Source of the DNA: Macrostomum hystrix
Taxonomy: Eukaryota > Animalia > Platyhelminthes
Assembly: GCA_950097015.1 (NCBI GenBank)
Contig: CATNEN010000038.1
Span: 19,282,001 to 19,346,000, forward strand
Reading direction: 5' to 3'
DNA length: 64,000 nucleotides
Position numbers and translations under genes: made by a program. Below are positions 1 through 14,689 of the stretch, in pieces. Within the stretch, counting starts at the first letter, position 1. Every line of letters starts with the position of its first letter. The notes under the pieces were generated by a model, which had not been told where the DNA came from, made no database searches, and saw only the letters and a program-made list of their open reading frames with translations.

Positions 1-860
1 TGAAATTTTATGTACACAAAGCAACACATTTAGGACAGCTTGTGTATACCAAGGATACAACATTTATAAAACAATATTGTTTTATTTCATTTGAAGGCCA
101 AAATGATCTTGTCTAAGTTTTGGCTCCGAAGCTAATAATAACATTGTCTTTACATGTCTAAGTTAACTTAATTGATACCATCTATATATTTTGAGTTGAA
201 GTTTTCACAATTTGCTGTCCAATGCAGTCATTTTCAGTGTTTAAAAAACAGACCATTCTTGCAAATAAATTTACAAAAAAATGTAAATACACCTAGAAAT
301 TTTATTCTAGGCAGATAAAACTACTAACTTTTAATTAACTACCCATACCATTTGCAACTAACTAGACTAGAAAGTTTATAAATATGTAAATATATTTCTT
401 TTCATTATATTTACTGAACAGATTAATAGTGTCTTAAAAACTGCTTTAAATTTTATTGTTTTTCAAATTGCTATTAAAATTAAGTTTAAATCAACAGGTC
501 TTTCTTACTATAAAATTCTATTAAGCATGACTTTTCATGGATGTAATTATCATTTGTGGTAATTAGTTTCATAAAAATAACAGTTCTTTTTTGTATCATT
601 TTAGAACAACGATTTTAAATGATTTTACTATAATCCTTTATTATAGATGAGCTCTGCAAATCATCGAAACTGGCAAGCAGTGTAGTTTTTTTTGCGAAAT
701 GTTTGATAAATTTAAGATTTTGAGTTTTTGCAAGAGTTTAGCAATGTTATAATTGTTTAACATTCCAGCCTCTGTTGCTTCTTGTCAACAAATATTATAA
801 TTTCAACTTTATTGTTTATATATTGGATTTAGAAAGGATTTTTCTATAGTTATACATAGG

Positions 861-3800
861 ATGTGGAATCCAATGGCTGTGCCAGCTGCAGCTGCATTAG
901 GTCCCACAGCCAGTCAGCTGTCACAACTTGGGCCAGCTACAGCTAGTAATTTGAGCATCGCTGCAGCAGCTGCCGCCTATGCAATGCCAATGCAGCCGCA
1001 TGCAGTGGTGCCCTCTGTACCTGTACAGGCGCCTAAACGACCTTCCGATTTGAAGAATGTCAACACGCTAAATATGTGCCGCTTCAATATAGGCACTGGT
1101 GGCCCTATTCCTGCTAGTGGCAATGGAGTGCCACCTACTGGGGTGAGAATGGGCACTTTATACCTGCCGTACAGCTATTTTATCTGACAGCGCTGTTATT
1201 TCCATAGACTACGGGGCGCCGAAATTTAAACCCCATCTAGTATGGACACTTAATGATTCTTGTAGATTGCCTGACTATGAGAAAGTAAAGCCTGACTGCG
1301 TGAGTGTGCGTGTGTACAGTATCTGTGTGGGTGTGTGATCTAGAGTCGGCAAAATGGCTGGAACGGCCTCGTAGCTGGCAGCAGGTCGACTGTCACCCAC
1401 GGATTTGCACACAGCCATCCTGCAGTTATTAATATATTATGATATGTTGGTATCGGTTTGTCCAGTGGAGTTGGGAATCGAGCCCCTGACCTTCAAGCCC
1501 CCTAAATTTAGTTAGTCCTTTCATGAAGTCTTAATTGTTCCAACAATAATGTTTCTTTTTCTTTGTATTTCTCAGGTGCCACCGTTACCAGGAGCCGGTG
1601 TACCACTATTCCAGCAGCAGCAGGCGGTTGCACTGGCCCAGGTGCCACCTGTCGCTGAACCGTCATCGGTAGACCATGGCGACGATGAATCCGCATTCGA
1701 AGCTGAATTCGATCGCCTAATGGAACAAAAACGCTTAGCTGAGGAGGCCGATCTAGATCCAGACGAGAGGGCGGCGTTGCGCGAACTGGAAGCTGTTAAA
1801 AAGCAGCGCCGAACCGCCGACTTTAGCGTTGCCATGCCAACGTCATCTTACTCCAGCAGCACCGCTATAGATCCGGCAGAGGCGGAAGTTGCCAGAGAGT
1901 TCGATTCTATTCAAGTGAGCAGCTAGTTATTATTGATTATTAAACAGTTTGGGAGCCTCTAGCCTATTCATTTTCATGTTTTCATCAGCCTCATTTGCAT
2001 CAGCTGGTTAGAAAGCTATAAGCAGCCTTTAGGAATTAAGTTTAATCCTGAGGTTGTAGCCTACTGGTTGGAGAGTCGGACTAACGACTTTAAAGGTCGG
2101 TGGTTCGATTCCCGACTCCACTTGAACTGTTTGTGTCCTTTAGCAATTGATTGTTGGTGTGGCGTCCTCCCCAGTCCATGGACTGAACAGCCGTATGCAG
2201 TCTCTAGATGCGGTGCGCAATAGCTGCGGCTGTTGGCTGCACATCTGGCCCAATTGGGGAAGGTGTCATCAGTGATTAATATTTTTATATAAAAATTCAA
2301 TCCAGAAAATGTCAGCAGTACTACTCAATAGTAATCACTGTGTTATGCTTCTGGTAGAGCAATTTAATTCGTTTTTAAAACGTATTCTCGAGATTGCGTT
2401 TTTTATTCCGAAGCGCCTCATCAAGTATAAATGCAATCTATTTGCAGTGACTCTTTTTGTCTTCCATCTAATAGACACGAACACGTGATTGCATACGTTT
2501 GGGCGCTACATATTAAAAATAACAGTTATTAGTTTAATTTGTAAACTGATTACATGTGTTTTATTCAATAGTAATCACTGCTGATTCACTACAATATGTT
2601 TTTTTCAACGCCCTTCCTAGTACTTCTCACTGCTTGCTATTTCTATCCCTCGCTAAATTTCTATCCTATATGTATCGCTATGTATCCGCACCACGCCAAC
2701 CCATCCAATCCCAACGCATCCAATACCAACCCATTCTATCCAATCCAATCCCAACCCATTCTATCCAATCCAATTCCAGCCCATTCTATCAATCCAATCC
2801 CAACCCATCCAATCTAATCCCAACCCATCCAATCTAATCCCAACCCATCCTATCCAATCCCAACCCATCCTATCCAATCCAAACCCATCCTATCCAATCC
2901 CATCCAATCCCAGCCCATCCCATCTAATCCCCACCCATCAAATCCAATCCCATCCCATCCCATCTAATCCCAACCCATCCCATCCAATCCCAACCCATCC
3001 TATCCAATCCCAGCCCATCCCATCTAATCCCAACCCATCCTATCCAATCTCAACCCATCCCATCCAATCCCAGCCCATCCCATCTAATCCCAACCCATCC
3101 AATCCAATCCCAACCCATCCAATCCATTCCCAACCCATCCCATCCCATGTTCTCACACGCAATCCTATGTCTGCCAATCCTATCCTATCTTTGAATTTTA
3201 ACATTTTTTATAACTAATTGACTCTGTTTTCATTGAGTTAATTATATCATGTTACATCTGAAATCTTCCAATCAGATCTCCCACATACTGTCCATATTCA
3301 AATGAAGTGGGATTTTACAATGGAGTTTATAGATCTCAAGAGGAAGCGACATAATTATGATTCATCTCCGCGTTATGCCTCGATTAGAATAGTAAGGTGC
3401 CCTTGTTTATGCATTTGTTTAAACAGTTTACAGTCATTTTTTCTTCCGCCTATGTATATCTCTTAAACAAGTTCATCTGTTCTGTTTCTGATCTTGCAAA
3501 CCAGAATGAGTTAACAATATTGTTTAATTCTCAAAGCAATCATTGTGTTAAAATTCTGGTAGATTAAACTAGTAAATTTTAAAGCTTGTATCTGCCTACT
3601 AGTTGTTTACACGCTTGTTTGCGTTACTGTTAATGGAATCTAGTGTCTTTCTTGGTAGATTTCTTATCGGTCAGACTGCTACAACAGAACGCTACAGATC
3701 CCTCCTTTTAATCTGATCTTCAAGTGAGCTTGTAGACCAGGTCAAGAGTTCGAATCTTAGCACTTAGCCTATCTGGTTAATTTGCACTTTTAGACTGGCG

Positions 3801-4003
3801 GCGGTGCTGCTCGGTCAGCAGCCGACGATGGCAGCGGGGAGAATTCTGAGCTGGCTAAACAGGCGGCAGAGTGGCGCACCTACATGTCCTACGCTTTGCA
3901 ATATAATCCACCAGAGGCTGAACGACTATTCGCTATGTATCCGCACCTGCGTGACCTGCTGGCTACATCTGACGAGGCTTTTAAGCAACCGCCGGCACCG
4001 CCT

Positions 4004-4044
<41 letters not shown>

Positions 4045-4549
4045 AAGCGAACAACAATTGGCTGCTTATTTCAACGTGACAAGCTACGAAGCGCAGAAAC
4101 AGGCTCAGATTCCGCAAGCTCAGCCGACGGAAAGCTTGCCCCACTTGCAGCAACGGCAGCAGCAGCATCTGCCAACCCTGCCAACAATGGCCGAGGCTGA
4201 GTCTCGGCGAAAAGCGCAGGAGGCGGCTGAGCAGGCCCTCATTGAGCTGGCCGCCATGCAGGAACAACAACAGGAGCATGAAAAGCAGAAACTGTTGCTA
4301 GAGCAGCAGCAGCAACAACAGAAGCAGCAGATGAAAATAAAAGCTTCCAGTAAGAAGTCGTCTAGATTTCACGACGTGACAAAGCCGCCGCCTTCGCTGA
4401 CTTCTCAGCACCAGCAGGGTCAAACGTTTCAACAACCACCGCCTTCAGCAATGCCGCAACATCAGCAGCAACAGCAGCAGCAACCGAAGCCGCCACATCC
4501 TCCAAGGCCATGGGCTGACACCGACGAACGCACTGGTCGCAATCCTCAT

Positions 4550-4584
<35 letters not shown>

Positions 4585-4720
4585 TTCACCAGCACCACCA
4601 TTCAAAAAGTCTCGCTTTGACTCGCCGCCTCCTTGGCATCAGACTGGGCAGCAGCCGCCGCAGCAACAGCAGAAAAAGTCCTACTTTCAACAGCAGCATC
4701 CTGCTGGAAGCGGACACAGA

Positions 4721-4752
<32 letters not shown>

Positions 4753-5306
4753 GCAACGCAGCGGTCTTGTCATCAATTTTGGTCATGTTAGTTTTTAAAA
4801 AAATTAACCGTCCTTCTGAGTTTTATATACCAGGCGTCTCTTTTGTAGTGCCTTTTTAGTCGCTAAATTTGCAAGTCTTAACTCTTTTCTAATAATCGGA
4901 ATGACATATCAAGCGGGTATATCGGCAATTTGCTGTAGGATAATGGCAGTCAGGTTGAGGAGAGTGGTAGTCACGTGGTGGAGAGGTAGTCACGTAGGGG
5001 AGAGTGGCAGTCAGGCCGTCGCTAACTACCAAAGTTTTCAATTCGCTGCAGAGGCCAGCCGAGTCTGCCAGCAATTTGGTACCTGTTCGCGACGCTTCAG
5101 TTAGGCGAGCATTTGCAGCGCCATTCAATGACGAGGAAGCCGAGGAGGGCGAAGTGTCGGAGGAGGTGCCTGAACTGGTGCGAATTAGAATGCGCAATAT
5201 TGGCAAATTCACGCCGACATCCGAGGGGCCCAGATCGTACGGCAAGACTAGGGACGGCTTCTGCGACGATCGTCGACGGCATCAGCGATATGACGAACGA
5301 TTCTAG
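861..5306 (+). CDS. Uncharacterised Gln/Pro-rich protein, about 4 coding exons (861-1142, 1576-1914, 3794-4786, 4998-5306)
   Basis: ORF segments join in phase 0 at GGG|gtgaga...tctcag|GTG, CAA|gtgagc...ttttag|ACT and CAT|gttagt...cgtag|GGG. Long CAG/CAA polyQ tracts. C-terminus NIGKFTPTSEGPRSYGKTRDGFCD looks conserved but I do not recognise the family. The last junction is the least certain. Confidence 0.6.
1195..1430 (+). mobile_element. SINE family B, degenerate copy
   Basis: Shares ctgac.atgagaaagt, gtacagtatctgtgtg, aaaatggc.gaa and tgtcacc with the copies at 25378-25728 and 11884-12200. Confidence 0.55.
2050..2275 (+). mobile_element. tRNA-derived SINE family A, internally deleted copy
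   Basis: A box (tagcc...tgg) and B box (ggttcgattcc); same 3' body (cagtccatggactgaacagccgt...ggcccaattggg) as 16918-17215 and 56326-56615. Confidence 0.8.
2695..3150. repeat. Pentamer-based minisatellite (about 20-bp CCAATCCCAACCCATCCTAT) in intron 2 of the first gene
   Basis: Visible tandem periodicity. Confidence 0.9.
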
Positions 5307-8300
5307 GCCTATTTAATACGAAACTTTATGCGCACTTTAATTGTCCTACGAAGTTAATGTTGTATTTTTGCTAGTAAAATCAAAGAATGTCCATTGTAAA
5401 GTACAGTGGCCATTTCTGCATATTTAGCAACATATGTCTCGTTTCCTTGGATATAATAATAATTATTATTATTAATATTTAAACTAAGCAAGTTCAATTA
5501 ATTGTATTGATTTAAATATTTTCTGACTTAAAAATATATCATCCTCTTTTTACTACCTAATGGTTAAATATGACAATTCTTGGTCGTTTTGGGGTTGTTT
5601 CGAAATGATCTTCTGGGTCTTAATCCTCCTCTATATTTTGCTTTCAATTATTTTCAAGTTGCTCTGGCGTTTGGGTCTATTTTATTATATTAAATATGAA
5701 ATAAGTTATGCGAAATAATTTTCCTAATGCGAGTTGCAGACATGTTGGTGCGCAAAACCAATAAGCCGTTTTTACTAATCGAGCCGAATGCGTTGTTACT
5801 TTCTCTTCTCAGACTCTCATGCTCTGAACATGCTTGCAATTTATTCGATTTTATTGTAATTTTTCAATTGACATGCATTTTTGTTTCAGACTTTGCTTTT
5901 TTCTGTTAGTGTTAGACAGGCATGCTAAAAGGTTTGCACCACAATCTGCTCCTGGTTAAGCTTGTTCAATTAAAATACCGGTTGAAGAGTTAGCTATTTT
6001 CATTAATGTTAACATTGCAGCCCTCGAATCACCTATATGTTTAGCTGCGTGGTTCATTAGTCTTTAATCCCGCTGTACTTCAGTCAAGCAAAATTACAAG
6101 TTGTCAATTATGTTTAATGTTTAATGGAATGATTTGCTTTGCTTCTAACAACTGCAATTTAATGATGTGGATTAATTGATGGTGATCAGAATTAGCTGTC
6201 GTTCTCATTTATGGCGAATAAAAAAGACTTGGCCTCTTAGTACTTCGTTCGGTGTCTCTGTATTGACAAAACTTGGAAGCCCAGAAGCAGTCCCGTTTGT
6301 ATTCTACTATATTTGGAGAATAATGTTATTCAACTGCAGTATATTTTCTTTCCTCTTTCTATTAGCTACACTATTTATTTTGGCTTATCTGAGTACATTC
6401 GTGTACGATATGACGAAACCTGCAGTTTTTGTGTAAGCGTAGAACACAAAGAAAGAGTTTGTTTTGTATATGTTAGCGAGTCAGTTGGTCGTGCCAATGC
6501 TTATTTAAACATGATCTACTTTGGCTCGTAAAAATATTGGTCAATTTAGCCTACGGATCGCGCACTGCCAAGTGCATCGTCGTCCTTGAGGACGAAATAT
6601 TACGTTATCTTCACACGAAAATAATTGAAACATAAAGATAGAAGGTTAACTCAAACAGAATGCGTGCCCTGTAGCCTACGGGCTGTAGATTAAAAAGATA
6701 ATCGTTAAAGAAAGTAAAATGCCAGAATTTTAAGCGAGACAAAATCTAAGTGTGGCCACTTATTTAAGCAAATATTTGAATTAATGTCGACGAAAGAGTT
6801 TACCGCTTATTTATAGTAGGAATTCTGTAATAATATTCTAAAAATTAGAAACATTTGTTTATTGTAATATTATTCCAGCTATGGTTTGCGCATCCACAGT
6901 TCCAAGTATTTACGTTTTACAACAAACCAACAAAACAAAAAGTTTGTAATATATGTAAAATACATATATTTGGTCTACAACATCAGAGTGGAAAAAGCAA
7001 ATGCCAAAACAATAAATGAATACCGAAGGTCCTGTCTCTTTTAAATCATTGTGCAAAAAATTTTGACTTTTGTTATTAAGTCGAGTCACATGTGCTAATC
7101 AAGTGCCGTGGGATGGTACCTGTTAATATTACTCTTACCTTTGCAAATAATTTCTTATACAGTGATAATAACTTTCCTCCAATATTGTATTGCGTTACAC
7201 TATATTCTATATTATGCTACACATTCATCTAGCTGTCGTGGCCTATTTTTTATGACATGTCGGCCCCTTAGTTACTTAGTTATTCAGTAGGGCCTAGGCC
7301 TATTAATAAATACTAAATAGGGTTACATTACAGACAATATGAAGGTATATCTATTCTTAATATTTTTTTCATCAAGATATTTAGTTAAGACTACTTTCAA
7401 TGAAGTCTAGACTCTAGTCTTCAGTAGCAGTATGACCATGTTGTTTTGTTATCAACGGCTATCACTATTGACTATCAGATTTCAGTGGCAGTGCTTTTAA
7501 TGCATGTTAGTGACATTTTACTGCAGGGTAAAAACCACTTACTTTATCACATTGTAATGTCAACACATAACCATGCAGTGAAGTTAGTGGTTTTTACCAT
7601 TAATATGTTAGCAACATTCTATTGTGTGAGTTTTCTTAAACTCAGTGCAGTTTTTTAACATGTTATAAACAGTGCGGTAAAAACCACTAACTTCACTGCA
7701 GGGTAATGTGGCAGTAAAGTTAGCAGTTTTAACCACGAGATAAAATGTTGCTAACATATTAATGTACTTGCCTCTTGCACTAGGGCTAATGTCTCTGAGC
7801 TTGATTTTGCAGCAAGCTTCAAAAGAATAAATACTAGGCCCTAACACTTCAAGCTTCATAGCTTCAAAACTTCATGTCTGGTTGAGCTCCCAAGATGCAA
7901 CAAGTTGGCATCTGCCAACTGGTCAACCAGAAAGACAGTGTAGCTCACAAAGTCTTCCACCTCAATAAAGTGCTGCCAGAACTGGCCTGAAATGTTGCAC
8001 AACCAGATTTTGCCCTTGAAGGTGTTATGCATCATGTCTGTGTTACAAGCTGGACATTGTAAACCAACATTCTCATTCTCAAGTGGGGCAAGGCAGCTGC
8101 AAGACAGAAATTGTCTAAACTTTTTATATACTTTAGATAGGCCTACTTCACCCCCCACAGGTAGAACTAAAACTCTTAAATATGGCCAAAACTGCTAAAA
8201 ATGTGTAAATAGTAGTATAGCTTCTCATATGAGCTATAAATAACCTGCCATAATGGCCATCAAAATTTATTGGGATACAAAATGTTTTAAGTGTGTGAAC

Positions 8301-10434
8301 AATTAGCATTGCTATTAGGCCTGATAAATTCTGCTAAATCTATGACTTTTACTATAGCTAAAAATTTGGCTAATTAGCTAGGCAATATTAAATTGGCTAA
8401 ACTAAATACTTCCTTTGAATCTTTGTTGGACTTAACTAGGTACATTATATATTAATGATAAATATAATTATTGCTAGAATACTGTTAAATGGAACTTAAT
8501 ATACAAACACTAGTAAATTTTAGTTCAAACAAGAAGCCATTCTTTTTTCAGAACTTGTTTTTTTCTAGGATATTATGTTGCACTATAGCCTTATAAGCAT
8601 AGGCTTAACTAATGTTTTTATGCTTTTACTACAACTTAGCAAGTTAGTATTTATTCATACTGTGTGGAAAAATTATTTTGATAAAACAGCAACAAATTTA
8701 TTTTATAAGTACCCATGTAAAACAAATTGGCAAGAACTTTCTTATCATGCAAATAATTGATAAAGTATTACAAGCCAGTTTGCTTATTTAAAATGTGAAT
8801 GTCACAAAACAAGCATGAAATTTGGGTACCTATCTATGAATTCACCTTACAAGTAGATGTAATTACAGTGGAATGGGCTTTTTATTGTTTCATGGCTTCG
8901 CATTGCTAAAAGTTTGTCACATTGCTTGTAATACAGCTTTTTCATTTCTTCTTGTTTATTGTCTTCATATTAAATTTATAGACTAGTTGCTGTTTAATGA
9001 CTATGGCCATAATGAATATGATGTAACATTGTTTTATGTAACAATGTGGTCATCATTGTGGTCATTGTTTTATAGAGCACCTAGTTTTGTTCAAACTATC
9101 TTCTTATATTTTTTAGTTTTAAGTTTAACTTATATATATTTAACTAAAAGACTTGGAATATAGACAACAAAAGTTTTTTATCTTGTCTTTATTTCTATGT
9201 ATATGTAGGAGTTTTCTTATTAAATTTTTTGCCATGATTCTGCTCAGAATCCTATTGACAATCAGACAATCTAATTTTTCTTGAGTTTATCAAGTTTTAA
9301 TAAAAATTCTAATTATCTAACAATTGGAATTTTGGGTAACATACTTAATATGCACTAGTACATCCTAGCAATTGAAGTGGTTGTACTTAGCTATAGTTAC
9401 TACAGTACAATGTTTAAAGGGGTAAAAAGTAACACATTATAGTGATTGCAGCCACGTAATGTTAAATTTTATTTGGCGGAGAACAGGTAGAGTGCAGCCC
9501 GTTCCAAAAGATAATGATTTATAGGCCGGCGAGTATACATGAGCTTAAGCCCAATGCACACTGCCCCGGCCCAGCGCAAGTGTTAGTCAAAGTTGGGGTG
9601 GCCGCCCTAGCACCACACAGGGCGCTGGAGAGAGTGGCTGCCACAACATAATACTATTCATATTCTTCACAGAGAAGACTATATAAAAGAAATCTCAAAA
9701 TTATATCCACACAAGTGGACCAATATTTTGACAAAAAGAGTTTTCACAAACTCACTGTAACTTGCATCATTTGCATCATAGCAGTTTCATCATTCACTGA
9801 GCCTTTGTTAAGAAACTTTTTAGGCCCATGAAGTACATAAAATTTTGTGTATATTTTAAGTCAACAATCATAAATAAGGTACAAAAATATGTTTTCTGGT
9901 CTTGTTTGTTGATACAGTAAATGAGTCCTGAGACTATCTTTTGCAAGAGATACTTGTCAACCTTACCTTCACATCCAATTTTCCTAGTGCAAAGCAGCCT
10001 AAATATAGGTAATTCAAATTTTGTTATTTTTTCAATACAATCTACCTATTACTCATGGACTAAGTAGTATGCTTGGCTTTGCATACTAGCAGTCATTGCT
10101 ATTTTGAATTGGACATGCGCAAACTACACAACACACATGTCTGCACATGCTGCCAATTGGTTCCTATTTAGTAGTCATTGTGTTTTTCGGGGAGTGTGAG
10201 TGTTTTCTCCCTTAACCTGCTAGCCAATGAGCGATGCCCTTTGGTTCATTTACTGCTCTAACTGGCTGTTCAGCAATGCCTTATTTGGCATGCCTGTCAT
10301 ATTTCTATTCCATCGGTCATTAGAGGCTAAGTTTATTTATTTTTTCCCTATATATGTCTCACAGACTGATAACAATATATGTTTGATATCAGTCTGTCTG
10401 TTATTGGAAACTCGCTTGGCCTCTTTAATATGTC

Positions 10435-13400
10435 ATGGAGTCTAATAAAGCCACGGGCTTCAAAAAACGACTTTGCAATCGATACTTGAGCTGCGAAGTA
10501 GTCCAGCCTAGTAGTAGCAGTAGCACCCTCAGTAGCAGCGGCGGTAGTGCTGCGAAGTTTGAACATGTCGATGTTGGCAGCGCCAGAGGGCATCGCGATA
10601 ATGCAAACATCGGAACTGCCGCAAGTTCTTCTCAATCGTCGCGTAAGACACAGCCGCCGTGGCGTCTTCTGCCACCTTCGGCACCCTTTCCACCCGGTCC
10701 TAATCCGGCGCTCTCTGTTCCTGTTTCTTTGCCATCGGCTTCGCCGGCTCCCGCTGCATCTCGCTGGCTTTGCAGCATCTGCGGCCGCAGCTTCCAGCGC
10801 AGCGACATGCTGAGGCGCCACGCGCGCAGTCACACTGGTAGACGGCCCTACATGTGCGAGGAGTGCGGCCAGGCGTTTTCTAGGTGAGTGAAAGCGACTG
10901 GACACTAGGATACCTGCTTTGTTTTCCATATTTTTTCGGCCCAAAATCAGCTATACATAATCCTTTGCTATGAAGGATTATCAACACAGAGATAATAATA
11001 GAAAAAAAATTCCATATAGTCCCTAATTTCTGATAGTTCAAAAATTAATTAAGCCTATTGGAATTCAGAGTGATTTATTGTCTGATACTTCTTGATATTG
11101 AAAGAAAGTGTTGTAAAAATTGACATCTAAATCAGATTCGAATTGGGGTCAGGAGTCAAAGTAATACGCTTGTTTTTTATACCAAATGGAAATCTTTTTT
11201 GTCTAATTCCAGGCACAATTGTGAAGATAAACTAACTATCTGCCTATTTAATTAAAAGTCAGGTCAGGAAAGAATTTCCCGCCGGGTACTTGAAATGACT
11301 ATGGAAGCTTTAATTTAGCTGGACTTGTTGTCAGGGATAATAAATAAACATCCAGATTGAAGACTCATAGATTCATTCTTCATTGCCGTAACAATCTAAT
11401 TATAGTCGCAGGGTGTAAATACCGCGTCATCAGTTTTGTTAGATTTAGAGAACAACACGATAGACTCAGGCACACTGCCGATCACAACAATCGTGTAGCT
11501 GGTCATGTTTTCTTTCTGCTCTTGAATTCAAGCAAGTTGAACTGTCTGGTTGTTAGCTTGTATACAATGCACAATGGCAGCTACTTTGCCCACGTGACGA
11601 GCACAATGATTTATTATTTCTTCTGCCCTTTCTAATATAATATATATTTCTAGTAAACATCCTGGCAACTAGATGTTTGTTTACTTATAGCGCTTCATAC
11701 TTTGACATGTTTCTTTATAGTTAATCCGGATATTGTTGTCAAAGTGCAACGGCTTTATTGATCAGATATTTATCCTTGGATCATTAGAATGTTGTTATTA
11801 GAATGAGTTTATTAGAATAACAGCTCTTGTCTGTATTTCAGTTGGTTAACATATTCAATGCAGAAGTCTTAGATAGTCTAGCCAGGGTTAAGTGGCAGAG
11901 AGTTGTAAAGCGTTTGCTCTCGCATCAAGGTCCCTAAGCTCGATTCCACGGCGAGGTCACATTCATTTGTGTCGCAGCCGAGGAGAGAAGGCTTGGGGGC
12001 TTGTTGTGCAATTTACGCCCTTGATGGCCGATCTCCAAGACACAGTGACACAGAGTGCACACTGCCTGTGAGAGCGTGTGGCTGCGTTCGGTTTCTCTGT
12101 GTACTCAGGAGTCAGCAAAATCGGCAGAATTGCTCATTCGCCAACTGCAGGTCCAGTTTCACCGAATGATGTGCCGTTTCCCGCAGCCCTCCAGCAATAA
12201 TCTGTCTTTTTTGACTATTACAAACATTGCGGCGATGGTCATGGCTGCTCCGAAGGCAGTCAAGGCTCTTTGTCCCATTGACGCGCTTAAAACCTTTCCC
12301 AATGGTTTAAGAGGTTTTCGTTGTGCTGATCCCGCATTTATTCCTGGCGTAGAAGCCGGAGCAGGGAACAATATCCCACGGGCTGAGTCAGCCTCTGGCT
12401 TTGAAAAGCGCCAATGAGTAAGGCAAGTACCTCCCTCTATCACACATTCACCCTTGTTCACAATCTAGTCGCTCCATCATTGGTGATAAAACGGTCATGC
12501 ACTAAAGTTAACCCTTCAAAGTCATCTTAAATTTCTATTTGATACTCTGTAGCTTGGGAAATTTCTGCCGCGGAGCTACCTTTTTTCATGCCGTGACATG
12601 CGACCGTGTATTTGTTAAGGTGCTTGAGGTTAAAGGTAGATGGAGGCAAAGGTCAAGGCAAGCGCAAAGGTCAGACTGTTCTGATTGTCCGCATGGGACT
12701 GCAAGGTTTTCTTTGTACCAAAATTCTTTCAAACTTTTCATTCAATCTAGTTATTAGCAGGTAAGCGGGAGTTATAAATGAGCCTAGATTGGATGCCTGA
12801 ATTTCCTTGCTTCGCATAATTACTCTTAGCGCCCTTGGCCTCTGCAGTTGAACTGAACAAGACTTCAAATAGCGTTGCAGTTTTTGTTAGCTCTGCGACC
12901 TTTACAGGCAAGAAAACTTTGCCAGATTTTAAAAAGCTGTACCAAAGTCACGATTAAGGCTCATAGCAATTGACCAAACAAAGGAATATAAGGACATTAA
13001 ACCGACGGCCCCTGGACGCCAAATTCAATTACGACTGTGTACGCACGTCTAAATGACGAAAAATAAAATAGAAATTACGCTCGTACTTACAAGCTAAGTG
13101 TTTCACCTTAAAAGGTGTTTAAAAATTTTTCTATTTACTATTAATCTTAATTACTAGTTGACTACTGAACAGATTGTTGACTACTGAACAGATTGCTGAC
13201 AATTGATCACGAGGTACCTATCGTAAGCATCAACCGAAGTTAAAAAAAGAAAGAAGTGAGAGGTACGCTTGTCTTACGCTGGCAAGATGATCAAGCTGAA
13301 TGCGTTGATTTCTGAATTTTGTCTGGATTCTTTTGTTTGTCTAGACCCCGCGATGGTTCTGAAACACTTGTTATGGTATTGATATATTGGCCTTTAGGAA

Positions 13401-14477
13401 GATGTTTAGTGGACTGGCCTTGGCACTGACCCTTAGAAGACCAAGATATTCTCTTCATTCTCACCATCTCATCATTCTTACTTCGCAAAAGTCTTCGCTA
13501 AATACCAGTACCAGCAAGGCCAATAAAGATCGAGCTATCGGTAAAACTAAATTCCATGTTGGCAACTGTTGTTGACCCTGTTGTCTGGCAAGAAGTTGTA
13601 GTCGAGGAATGCGCTATATAATCGGTTTTTCGGGTGCTCAACAGACGGTTATTTATCTACATTTTCAGGGTCATTTGGACTTTTTAAGTTATCTTTTTGG
13701 ACGTGTGGATTCATAAAAAAATAAATAATGTGATGCAACAGACAAACAGGTTCTAAGCTGTAAGACACTAAAGCGTAGAGCACACAGCGAACGTACCTTT
13801 TCAATGCGAATCACAATTTTTATTTATCAGTTGACTACGAACACTACCACAGACTCTTAAGAGTTGCGTAATCATAAGTGAAGCAAGGGATTCCACATCA
13901 CAAAACTACAAGGATAACTTTGCTTATACAGAAAATTTGTCACTACAATTTGTCAAAACAACTTCAAGTCAATATTTTGTTTATGGTGTAACAAAGACAA
14001 ACTTTAATTACAAGAAAGCAAATTGTTGGAACAAATACATTTTGAATACATTTCTAATAGAGGCAGACACAATTCGCTTAGTTTAATGGTACATTGTAGA
14101 TAAAAATTATACGATTTCTTTAATAAGTGTTTGAAGTGTTTGACTGAGATACGGTGTGAAATCCCTGAACCTGAAATCCCCCCATACACAGATCCGATCA
14201 CTTGGCAACGCACAAACGCAAACACACCGGCGAGAAGCCGTTCGCCTGCTATGTGTGCGGCTACGCAGCCAGCCGGGCAGATATGATCACTAGGCACGCT
14301 AGAGCTCTGCATGGCGAGCCCAATGGTGGCAGTAGCGGCCGCATTGGCAGCAGCGCCAGCGGTGTCAGCCTTCAGAATCGCAACGACGATTCTGATACAA
14401 TTTCGCCACCATCTAGAAAACTGCGTCGTCATTCGTCGGGTAACGCGGAAGCAGATTTCAGCAATTCTCAACAATAA
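10435..14477 (+). CDS. Klumpfuss-like (EGR/WT1 family) C2H2 zinc-finger transcription factor, 2 exons (10435-10883, 14192-14477), about 244 aa
   Basis: Phase-2 splice TCTAG|gtgagt...acacag|ATCC rebuilds three fingers with recognition helices [16 protein letters not shown] and RADMITRH, matching the klumpfuss pattern; HTGRRPY/HTGEKPF linkers. Confidence 0.8.
11884..12200 (+). mobile_element. tRNA-derived SINE family B
   Basis: caaggtccct.agctcgattcc..ggcgagg.cacattcattt...gagagaaggcttggggg matches the reverse complement of 25378-25728 and 56755-57085. Confidence 0.75.
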
Positions 14478-14689
14478 GTGTCCTCAACCAATTGGCATCA
14501 GCTATCAATATGCAAAATTTTTTGTGCATTCTTATCTGCAAACTTCCGAAGTTGGTGCTGTTCGTAGCATCGTAACATTAACAAAAACTCAGTAAATCAG
14601 CCTTCTGAACTGAAGAATTTTGACATAACCGCTTCCAGTCCCAGCACATTATCAAACTAGAGCAGCCGATCTTGTCAGTCATCATCTTT

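Noticed and set aside
6664-6690. Hairpin gccctgtagcctacgggc as a Helitron 3' end
   Set aside because: No CTRR terminus and no matching 5' end found.
7856-8158. 100-aa minus-strand ORF with an acceptor-like ctgtcttgcag
   Set aside because: No recognisable domain or partner exons; I cannot support a gene.
12055-12461. Overlapping ORFs in the zinc-finger gene intron
   Set aside because: Partly SINE-derived, with no recognisable homology.
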